From Planctomycetota bacterium (GTDB lineage: Bacteria > Latescibacterota > UBA2968 > UBA8231), in contig JBLHGI010000002.1 in NCBI GenBank assembly GCA_047616505.1, forward strand, positions 1-59,840: a stretch of DNA of 59,840 bases, written 5' to 3'. Position numbers and translations under genes: made by a program. The notes below the pieces were generated by a model, which was not told the origin of the DNA, made no database searches, and saw nothing but the letters and a program-made list of their open reading frames with translations. Of this stretch, positions 25,599 through 32,874 are shown one piece after another; position 1 is the stretch's first letter; each line of letters opens with the position of its first letter.

Positions 25599-27779
25599 TC
25601 ACTTAATCAGTTCCAACGCCTTTGCCGCTTCCTCATCAGCCAACTCTTCAATAAGCGTCGCCGCACGCTCGACAATAGGCCCACTACCCGGCCCCTCATC
25701 ATCAATCGTTTTGAGCAGGCCCGGCGTATACCACACCTGGGAGCCCTGCGTCCTGCGTTGACCAATGGCGTATTTTCCCATCCAGCGCACATAGCCGAGC
25801 AGCTCTTCGTAGTTTTCGGCGCAGTCCATGCGCACCAGCGCCATCGCCAGCGGCCCCAGCTGTTCTAAATCGGTGGGATAGCGCCGCTTGATCTCCTCAA
25901 ATTCCTTCATCGCCTTGCGCAGCGGTGTCAGACTGCCCGAGGTACAGGCGTGTGGTTTTTCCGGCAATGCCTCTAAGATCTCGCCCACCCGCGGCACCAA
26001 CACCGCAATTAAGTCGGCATCGATTAGCTCCTGCCCCGGCAACGAGCTCACGTCCTCACCGCGCGCTGTCCGCGCCGCCAATAGTGCCTTTTGTGCCGCT
26101 ACGATCACGCCCTGCTGTTCGGCGGCGAGCGGGTTGAGTCCTTCCTCGCTGAGTTCGGCATCTTCGACCAAAAACTCTTCGATAATGCGCTCGGCGCGCG
26201 CGCCACGCGAGACCAGTGCATTGACCATGCCCTGGTACTCAGGCGATACGTCCAGACACAGCGCCGCGCGCACCACGGCTTTCTCCAACTCGCCCATTAT
26301 TTCTCCAGCTATTCCCTCGCTAGCTACATCCCAGGCACTCTCATCCCGTTCTAAATTTTCCAAGAGCTCATTGATCTCCACGCGCTCGACGTGACGGTCG
26401 AGCAGGCGCCCCGCCTCGCCCGCCAAAACCGTCTCCACCTGCGCAAAGAGTTCACCGACGGTTTCTATCGCATTGATGACGTCCATCCGCCGCATATCGC
26501 CCGCACTCGCCTTGGCCGAAACCAAACCAATCAGCACGATGCGCACCCAATCGAGATCTTCCAACTCCAGCTTGCGACGCTTGGTCCGCACATCGACACA
26601 GAGCTGCACGACCGCTTTACAGCGCATAAACTCGGCACCGCGCTCTATAAACAAATAGAGGTTCTTGCGCCGCGACGTCATTTGCCCCAACACGGCGCGC
26701 GCACGCTCCACCAGTAGGGCTTTATAGTACCCGCTGACAAAAATATCGGCGACAAACTCTTCTATCAATCCTTCTATTCCCTGTGGGCCAAAACGAGCGG
26801 CCCAATGACACAGGGCATCGGTCGGCGACTCGGGCAACAGGTCAAAGCGCAGCGCATCGCGATAATCGTGACACGCCTCGTTCATATTCTGCGGCGCCGT
26901 TTCCATGCCGTAGGCCTCAGCCATTTCGTAGGCCGCCGGATGCACGATATCGCGGTCGAGCACCGAGCTACTAGGATAGTTCTGTTCTTCGGCAATCTGC
27001 ACGACCTTCGCCTCACCCCACAGCTCCTCCTGATACGTATTGTAGAGCGCCTTGACAATGGCATCGGGCTCGCTATCGCGAAAGCGCTGCTGCAACTTAA
27101 CGCCCAAACGCCCGTCGCCATCGGCGCGAATCGTATCGAGCAGGCGCTTCTCGTATTCGTAGAGAAACTCGTCCAACTCACTGATCGGCACGTCGATGCC
27201 GCTGTTCTCTTTTTTCTTGATTCGATCGGGGCTCTCGTAGGTGCTGCGATGTTTGTTGCGGTGGCGCACCATGCGGCGCACGGCATTATAGCCGGGCACC
27301 GAGACGTGGCGCTTGAGCATGAGCCGCTTGGCCAGGATTACCAGTTCGTAGAGCAGGATAAAGTCGAGTAACTGCGAGCCATCGCGCACCAAGATCTGCG
27401 CGATAGACCAATAGTCGTAGCCGTTGCGAAAAGCGACATCGAGGATTTTTTCCGGCAGGTAAATCGTGCGGCGGGTGCGGCCAATGTGGATGGCCTGGTG
27501 GTTGCGCACGTCTTTAAAGCAACACAGACCGCGACCAGCCACCAACGTCACGCTGATATTGCGCGCCAACAGCGCATCTAAAAAGTACTCCGGCAGCTGG
27601 CGCACGGCACTGTAGAAGAACTTGACTTGGTCGTGGCCAATATGAAAGCGCGGCAACTTCTCCTCGCCTTCGAGCAGCAGACCATCGCGCACGCGCGTCT
27701 GCCGCCCAAAGACAATCGTCTTCTCCGCCTCTTTCAGCGCCTCGTTGACCTCCGCATGGCTTATATCACCTTCGTGCAC
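25599..27779 (-). CDS. Hypothetical 726-aa soluble protein, last gene of the fliN-fliN-fliG-fliM operon
   Basis: Long uninterrupted ORF. GTG start with AAGGAG 5 nt upstream, and that RBS overlaps the fliM stop (cgcTAAGGAGcgcccGTG). No TM segment, no Walker A and no motif I can recognise. Helix-rich, with an acidic C-terminal half. Confidence 0.8.
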   Translation of the reverse strand: MHEGDISHAEVNEALKEAEKTIVFGRQTRVRDGLLLEGEEKLPRFHIGHDQVKFFYSAVRQLPEYFLDALLARNISVTLVAGRGLCCFKDVRNHQAIHIGRTRRTIYLPEKILDVAFRNGYDYWSIAQILVRDGSQLLDFILLYELVILAKRLMLKRHVSVPGYNAVRRMVRHRNKHRSTYESPDRIKKKENSGIDVPISELDEFLYEYEKRLLDTIRADGDGRLGVKLQQRFRDSEPDAIVKALYNTYQEELWGEAKVVQIAEEQNYPSSSVLDRDIVHPAAYEMAEAYGMETAPQNMNEACHDYRDALRFDLLPESPTDALCHWAARFGPQGIEGLIEEFVADIFVSGYYKALLVERARAVLGQMTSRRKNLYLFIERGAEFMRCKAVVQLCVDVRTKRRKLELEDLDWVRIVLIGLVSAKASAGDMRRMDVINAIETVGELFAQVETVLAGEAGRLLDRHVERVEINELLENLERDESAWDVASEGIAGEIMGELEKAVVRAALCLDVSPEYQGMVNALVSRGARAERIIEEFLVEDAELSEEGLNPLAAEQQGVIVAAQKALLAARTARGEDVSSLPGQELIDADLIAVLVPRVGEILEALPEKPHACTSGSLTPLRKAMKEFEEIKRRYPTDLEQLGPLAMALVRMDCAENYEELLGYVRWMGKYAIGQRRTQGSQVWYTPGLLKTIDDEGPGSGPIVERAATLIEELADEEAAKALELIK

Positions 27780-27788
27780 GGGCGCTCC

Positions 27789-29060
27789 TTAGCGAAAGCC
27801 GTCTTCGCGCTCTGCTGGTAGGGCCCCGGCCACTTTCACCGCATTCAGCCCATGCGCACTGGCGCAGGGCCAACCGAGAAATTTCGCATCGCCGCCGACA
27901 AAGACCGGCACCGGCTCGTCCGTCTTGCGATCCAAACCGACCACATCGCCGACCTTGAGCGCACGCGCCTGTGCCAAACTCAGCTCGCTGCGGCCCAACT
28001 CGGCACACACATCGAGGGCCATTCCGCCCAGACGCAGACGGTTGTCGCGCACGAGCGTATTCTGATTTCCCTGACGCATTTTCACATAGTTCTGCTGCCC
28101 CAAACGCGGCAAGATCGACTCCAGCGTAAAAAACGGATAACACAAGCTGATCAGCCCCGAGGCATTGGTCGAATTGACTTCAAAAGCCAGCAGAATAACG
28201 ATCTCACTGGCCGCCGTAATCTGCATAAACTCCGGATTCGTCTCCAGCTCGATATCGTGAATATTGACCGGAAGAATTGGCTCCCACGTCGCCTCCAAAT
28301 CCTCGATCATTTTCTTGACGACCGTGTTTATTTCGCCAATCTCAATCGGCGTCAGCTGCCGCGCATCGACGCCCTGCGAAGAGCCTTTGCCACCAAAGGC
28401 GCGGTCGACTTGGGCAAACACAACCGGCATGGCAATATCCAGTATCGCCTGTCCGTTGGTCGGCCCGAGCGTAAACTGATACGAGCAGGAAGGGTTCGAC
28501 AAGCTCATAATAAACTCGGCGTAGGTCGTCTGATCGACAAAGGCCGTATCCACATCGACAACCGCACGCATCGCCCCCGACAAAGTAGATGAAAGCAGGC
28601 GCGCAAAATTGTCGTGCAAGTTCTCTAAAGTGCGCAGCTGCTCTTTGTTGACACGCGCGGGGTGTTTAAAATCGTACGACGTGATGATGCGCTGTCCACT
28701 AGCTTTTTGGTGCCCTTTTTTCGCCTTTTCCTCAGCCTCGCGCTTCTGGTTTCCCTCACGCACGCGCCTCATCTCGGCCACTAATTCGACGACTTCTGGA
28801 TAGAGCGCGTCGATTTGTTTCTTGGTGAATTTCTTCTTGGCCGTGCGCGCCCTTTCGACCAGCACTTCCACTAGCTGATCATCGATATCGGCCTCTGGCA
28901 TATCGCTATGTAACACACCCACGACCTGCGTCGTTAACAAGCTGAGATCCTTCTCCTCCAAAGCCAGGCGCTCCACCAACCATTTATTTAGCATCGGGTA
29001 AACAGGCGTACTCACTTCCAATAACTCGTCGATCTCAGTCTGCGACAGTATATCTGGCAT
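27789..29060 (-). CDS. fliM: Flagellar motor switch protein FliM homologue (with extended N-terminal linker)
   Basis: N-terminal MPDILSQTEIDELL matches the E. coli CheY-P-binding peptide MGDSILSQAEIDALL. FliM middle-domain boxes: SYDFKHPARVNKEQLRTLENLHDNFARLL, VDRAFGGKG, LTPIEIGE, LETNPEFMQI. C-terminal SpoA/FliN-type domain: LDVCAELGRSELSLAQARALKVGDVVGLD. Confidence 0.9.
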   Translation of the reverse strand: MPDILSQTEIDELLEVSTPVYPMLNKWLVERLALEEKDLSLLTTQVVGVLHSDMPEADIDDQLVEVLVERARTAKKKFTKKQIDALYPEVVELVAEMRRVREGNQKREAEEKAKKGHQKASGQRIITSYDFKHPARVNKEQLRTLENLHDNFARLLSSTLSGAMRAVVDVDTAFVDQTTYAEFIMSLSNPSCSYQFTLGPTNGQAILDIAMPVVFAQVDRAFGGKGSSQGVDARQLTPIEIGEINTVVKKMIEDLEATWEPILPVNIHDIELETNPEFMQITAASEIVILLAFEVNSTNASGLISLCYPFFTLESILPRLGQQNYVKMRQGNQNTLVRDNRLRLGGMALDVCAELGRSELSLAQARALKVGDVVGLDRKTDEPVPVFVGGDAKFLGWPCASAHGLNAVKVAGALPAEREDGFR

Positions 29061-29072
29061 TTTCAGTTCTCC

Positions 29073-30305
29073 TTAACAAAACTGGTCGTCGGTTTCGCCG
29101 CGCACGATGGTAATCTCGCCTTTTTCCTCTAGCTGGCGCACCTGTTGCACGATGCGCAGCTGCACTTCTTCCACCTCGCTCAAACGCATCGGCCCCAAGA
29201 ACTCCATCTCTTCGGTAATAGCAGTGCGCACTTTCTCCGACATATTGCCGAGCACCTTATCCTTGAGCTCTTCGCGAGCTGCTTTCAGCGCCACGACGAG
29301 ATCCTTCTGGTCGACTTCGCGCATCACGATCTGAATCTCTCGATCCGTGAGCTTGGCGATATCGTGAAAAGTAAACATCAGATTGCGCACGCCCTCGGCC
29401 ACTTGTGGATCTTGCGTATCTATTTGATCCAGCACATTCTTTTCGACCGATGAGCCCGTCATATTCAGCATATCGGCCACGACCTTCGGCCCACCGACAT
29501 CCTGCAACTGGCTGCGCATTTCGCCAAACATAGAGCGCAACGCCCTTTCGGCCCGCTCCACCGTCGCCCGCGTCACATCTTCCATTGTGGCCATGCGGTA
29601 GGCCACATCCGCCTGTAGACGCTCGGGGAAATTATTGAGTATACCACCCGACGAGCCCGCAGGTATCTGCGATAGAATAAAGGCGATCGTCTGCGGATGC
29701 TCGTGGCTGATAAAGGGCGACACCTGATCGGGCCCCGTCTTTTCCAACAATTCCCACGGCGACTCGTCGGCCACCTGCGCTTCGTCCAGTATGCGGCTGG
29801 CCCACCACGGTGCTACTGCTCCGCTCATGAGAGCACGAGCAAGCTTCTCGCCACCCAAATCGAGATATTCGCCGTCTTCAACGCGTTGGCGCACCGTCTC
29901 CAGCGCGTGCATACCCGCGTTGTGTTTGACCGCTTCACAGGCCGCCACCGCTCGCCCCACCTGCGCCGCTTCGTCCTGCTCCAATTGGCGCAACACGCGC
30001 ACACCGACCTCTTGGCCCAGCGCGATAAAAAACGCGGCCACTACTTGTTCCGCACTCATGCCAGCCAACGGTCCTTCGCCACCAGCGCCACCCCGCAACA
30101 AACTGCGCACGACGGCGGCCGCCTCTTGCGCGTGCTGCCAGATATAGGCATGCGTACTATGGGCGGCCATACCTGCGGGCAGGTCTGGAGTCTCGTCGGC
30201 ACGGGTCGCGACGGACCATCCGCGCTGCCCAGCATCCTGCAACGGTTCTACTTCGCCCAACTCTTCTTCCGTCGGCAAGTGGTATACTTTCGCATTTTCA
30301 CTCAT
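29073..30305 (-). CDS. fliG: Flagellar motor switch/rotor protein FliG homologue (with ~80-aa N-terminal extension)
   Basis: Motifs EHPQTIAFILSQ, MFTFHDIAKLTDREIQIVMREVD, LVVALKAAREELKDKVLGNMSEKVRTAITEEMEFLGPMRLSEVEE and LEEKGEI are collinear with E. coli FliG. ATGA overlap with the upstream fliN-like gene. Confidence 0.92.
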   Translation of the reverse strand: MSENAKVYHLPTEEELGEVEPLQDAGQRGWSVATRADETPDLPAGMAAHSTHAYIWQHAQEAAAVVRSLLRGGAGGEGPLAGMSAEQVVAAFFIALGQEVGVRVLRQLEQDEAAQVGRAVAACEAVKHNAGMHALETVRQRVEDGEYLDLGGEKLARALMSGAVAPWWASRILDEAQVADESPWELLEKTGPDQVSPFISHEHPQTIAFILSQIPAGSSGGILNNFPERLQADVAYRMATMEDVTRATVERAERALRSMFGEMRSQLQDVGGPKVVADMLNMTGSSVEKNVLDQIDTQDPQVAEGVRNLMFTFHDIAKLTDREIQIVMREVDQKDLVVALKAAREELKDKVLGNMSEKVRTAITEEMEFLGPMRLSEVEEVQLRIVQQVRQLEEKGEITIVRGETDDQFC

Positions 30306-30571
30306 GAGTCCACCTCTTCTACTTCTACTAAACTCGTGACGCGCACCGCCATCTTATCGGTTACGACCACCACTTCGCCATGGGCAAAATGGTGGCCGTT
30401 GAGCCGAATTTCAAAGGCCTCACCCGCCAGTTTATCAAACTCGATTACGTCCTGCTCTTTTAGTTGATTTACTTCGCGCAGCGATATCTGCTTGCGCCCC
30501 AACTCGCAGCTGACCTGTAAGCGCGCGCTGCCCAAATGCGCCAAGCGCTCTCTTTCTTCATTAGTAGCCAT
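30302..30571 (-). CDS. fliN: FliN-like (SpoA / FliMN_C domain) protein, 89 aa
   Basis: SpoA-domain pattern LQVSCELGRKQISLREVNQLKEQDVIEFDKLAGEAFEIRLNGHHFAHGEVVVVTDKMAVRVTSL. There is a 1-nt gap to the upstream gene. Confidence 0.8.
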   Translation of the reverse strand: MATNEERERLAHLGSARLQVSCELGRKQISLREVNQLKEQDVIEFDKLAGEAFEIRLNGHHFAHGEVVVVTDKMAVRVTSLVEVEEVDS

Positions 30572-30572
30572 T

Positions 30573-30908
30573 TCAGACCTCGCCGACTATTTCCGTTATG
30601 CGCACGCCAAAATTCTCGGACACCGTCACCACCTCACCCCGCGCATAGAGCTTGCCATTGAGCTTTATGTCGACTGGATCGCCGACGCGTTTGTCCAACT
30701 CGATCAACGATTGCTCCCCTATCTTCAACGCATCGTCTAGCGTCTTCGAGGCACGCCCAAGTTCCGCACTCAAAGTCAAAGGCATATCATCGAGACATAC
30801 TCCACCAGCCGCCTTGGCAGCCGCTGGAACAACCGCTGCTTTTTTGGCAGGAGCCTTCTTCGCCGCATTTTTGGCTATCGTCTTTTTTACGACCGCTTTT
30901 GCCGCCAT
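30573..30908 (-). CDS. fliN: FliN-like (SpoA / FliMN_C domain) protein, 111 aa, with N-terminal Lys/Ala-rich tail
   Basis: SpoA pattern LTLSAELGRASKTLDDALKIGEQSLIELDKRVGDPVDIKLNGKLYARGEVVTVSENFGVRITEI, preceded by MAAKAVVKKTIAKNAAKKAPAKKAAVVPAAAKAAGG. RBS AAGGAG lies 8 nt upstream of the ATG. Confidence 0.8.
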   Translation of the reverse strand: MAAKAVVKKTIAKNAAKKAPAKKAAVVPAAAKAAGGVCLDDMPLTLSAELGRASKTLDDALKIGEQSLIELDKRVGDPVDIKLNGKLYARGEVVTVSENFGVRITEIVGEV

Positions 30909-31236
30909 GATCCGGTCTCCTTTTCAGAGTTTAATGCTACATAGCCCCTGTCGCTTTTACGACCAGCACCACGCCGATATAAATCCAACTTCCATTTATA
31001 CATCTATCTTATGTATCAGGCCGATTACCCCTTTTAGAGCGAGCTTAAAAAAAAGTAACCCTCAATCACCTCATATCCTTACGAATACACCAAAAAGGGA
31101 CGGGAGTCAAGAAAAAGCCCGCGTGAATCCTTTTAAGCAAAATACACATCCAACACTTCGGACGCACCAATCCAGTTTCATTCACCAAATAACACAGCAG
31201 ACTTACACCAGCGGCTCTATTTTTATTGCACAGCTA

Positions 31237-31266
31237 TTGACAAAACCACTCCATTGATTATATCAT
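31237..31266 (+). promoter_or_regulatory. Sigma70-type promoter candidate for the XRE-trxA unit (TTGACA-N18-TATCAT)
   Basis: Read directly: TTGACA at 31237-31242 and TATCAT at 31261-31266, about 40 nt upstream of the ATG at 31308. Confidence 0.45.
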
Positions 31267-31268
31267 TA

Positions 31269-31288
31269 TTGATATTAAAATATATCAA
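31269..31288. promoter_or_regulatory. Perfect inverted repeat TTGATAT-N6-ATATCAA (operator-like) just downstream of the -10 element
   Basis: Read directly. Additional TGAT(A/T)T half-sites occur at about 31254 and 31293. A plausible operator for the adjacent XRE-family regulator. Confidence 0.4.
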
Positions 31289-31307
31289 CTGTGATATAAG
31301 GATTTTT

Positions 31308-31541
31308 ATGCCTTTCGACTGTCAGTCCATCAAAAAATTCCGCCGGCATATGCGTCTAACTCAAGCGGAGTTGGCAGAGAGATTGGGCGTACCGCAACCC
31401 ACAGTCGCGCGTTGGGAATCGGCGCGCGCAGCGCCCTGCGCGCGCCATATCGGCATGCTCTGCGATATGGGACGCACCCAGGGTATCAATCCGAGCTTTT
31501 TCTTTCCGAACTTCAGTCACTACGAGCCCCAGGCTCATTAA
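31308..31541 (+). CDS. XRE-family helix-turn-helix transcriptional regulator (77 aa)
   Basis: HTH_3 signature RRHMRLTQAELAERLGVPQPTVARWESAR. The internal ATG at 31308 is preferred over the 31254 start because the upstream codons sit in AT-rich promoter sequence. Confidence 0.75.
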   Translation: MPFDCQSIKKFRRHMRLTQAELAERLGVPQPTVARWESARAAPCARHIGMLCDMGRTQGINPSFFFPNFSHYEPQAH

Positions 31542-31556
31542 TTAAAGGAGAACACA

Positions 31557-31880
31557 ATGGCTGATCTCGCCTCTTTTACCGATGCTAACTTTCAGACAGA
31601 AGTACTCGATTCCGACATACCCGTCGTCGTCGACGTCTTCGCCACGTGGTGCGGTCCGTGCAAAATGATCGCCCCCATCATCGAGGAATTGGCCAGCGAC
31701 TACGCAGGTCGTATCAAAGTCGGCAAACTCGACGCCGACACCGAGCAGAAAACGGCGGCAGAATTTCAGGTCCGCGGTCTGCCAACCGTGCTAATCTTCA
31801 AAGACGGTAAAGTAGCCGACTCGGTCGTCGGTGCCGCCGCTAAAGCGCAGTATATAGAAAAATTAGAAGCCGTGCTTTAA
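31557..31880 (+). CDS. trxA: Thioredoxin
   Basis: 107 aa with active site WCGPCK and the conserved GLPTVLIFKDGK. RBS AAAGGAG lies 7 nt upstream. Confidence 0.95.
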   Translation: MADLASFTDANFQTEVLDSDIPVVVDVFATWCGPCKMIAPIIEELASDYAGRIKVGKLDADTEQKTAAEFQVRGLPTVLIFKDGKVADSVVGAAAKAQYIEKLEAVL

Positions 31881-31903
31881 GCGACAAATATAGCATTGCA
31901 AAA

Positions 31904-31943
31904 GACAAAGCGCCGACTCCTGTAAAAGAGTCGGCGCTTTGTC
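31904..31943. terminator. Bidirectional hairpin terminator between trxA (+) and the PhyH-like gene (-)
   Basis: Perfect 16-bp stem gacaaagcgccgactc / gagtcggcgctttgtc with an 8-nt loop. The T-run follows the hairpin on the minus-strand reading. Confidence 0.7.
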
Positions 31944-31978
31944 GTGCGTCTATCAGAGTAGCTTAGCTACCGATTTTT

Positions 31979-32800
31979 TTAACGCGGCGGCCAAGCGCGA
32001 AACAAGTTACCCTGCGCCTCGCTAAAACGCGCAAACGTATCCTCTCTTATAAAGGGCGGCTCGTCCATCGTGGCGATGTTCTGCGACATCATCCAGTGCG
32101 GACCATAGCCCACGTGCAGGGTCTTGCGCACCTGCTCGGAGCGGTTAGTCAGACCACCGTGACGCAAGTGTTCCGTAAATAAGATCGCATCCCCCGCTTT
32201 CGCTTCTAGCCCTATCATACCCGGCTCGTCGTCCGGATTATTGCCATACGGACAGGGCAGGTTCGACTTATGCGTGCCCGGCACCACACAAAAGGCCCCC
32301 TGTTCATCGCTGCAATCGTGCACAAAATAGACCATGCGCACCATCATGCAGTCGATGCCCGCCTCGCCAAAGCTGTAGCGATACTTCTGGTTGGCCGCCC
32401 GCGATCCCCCGTGGCTAGACGAGGCATTGCCCTTGTAGCGAATGCGAATTTCCGAATTGTTGATCGTCGGCCGCGCTTTGACGATGGCGTGGATATAGTC
32501 CATGCTCTTTTTGTGGTCTAACAGTACGTCAAATGCCGTATCCGCATTCCAAAAATCCTCGACAATCAGCGTTTGCCCCTCGCCCTTGGTGCCCTGCACA
32601 TGGTAACCCTTTTCCAAATTGGCATGGTACTCGGCCCCCCACGCACTGCGTTTGCGCGGCGGCAGGTCGACGTGGGCGAGCGCGTGCTCTTCCAATGCGT
32701 CGGTGGCAGCGCTTAGTTTCTGCACTTCGTCAGTGTCGAGCATATCCTTGATAACTATATACCCCTGGCGATCAAACTCGTAGCTTTCCGTTTCGTTCAT
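31979..32800 (-). CDS. Phytanoyl-CoA dioxygenase (PhyH)-family Fe(II)/2-oxoglutarate oxygenase
   Basis: 273 aa with N-terminus YEFDRQGYIVIKDMLDTDEVQKL, typical of PhyH-family proteins, plus later VPGTHK and HGG motifs. Confidence 0.75.
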   Translation of the reverse strand: MNETESYEFDRQGYIVIKDMLDTDEVQKLSAATDALEEHALAHVDLPPRKRSAWGAEYHANLEKGYHVQGTKGEGQTLIVEDFWNADTAFDVLLDHKKSMDYIHAIVKARPTINNSEIRIRYKGNASSSHGGSRAANQKYRYSFGEAGIDCMMVRMVYFVHDCSDEQGAFCVVPGTHKSNLPCPYGNNPDDEPGMIGLEAKAGDAILFTEHLRHGGLTNRSEQVRKTLHVGYGPHWMMSQNIATMDEPPFIREDTFARFSEAQGNLFRAWPPR

Positions 32801-32874
32801 GGCACTTCCGTTTCCAATTTCTATGCGGCTCGAGCCGTTTATAGTATCCCCCTGTACTTCCGACTAAATTTCTC

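Noticed and set aside
30973-31027. Two GCCGAT(A/T)(T/A) strings resembling the sigma28 -10 element (GCCGATAA) upstream of the fliN-like operon
   Set aside because: Both are on the plus strand, so they point away from the fli-like genes. Neither has a TAAA -35 element at the proper spacing.
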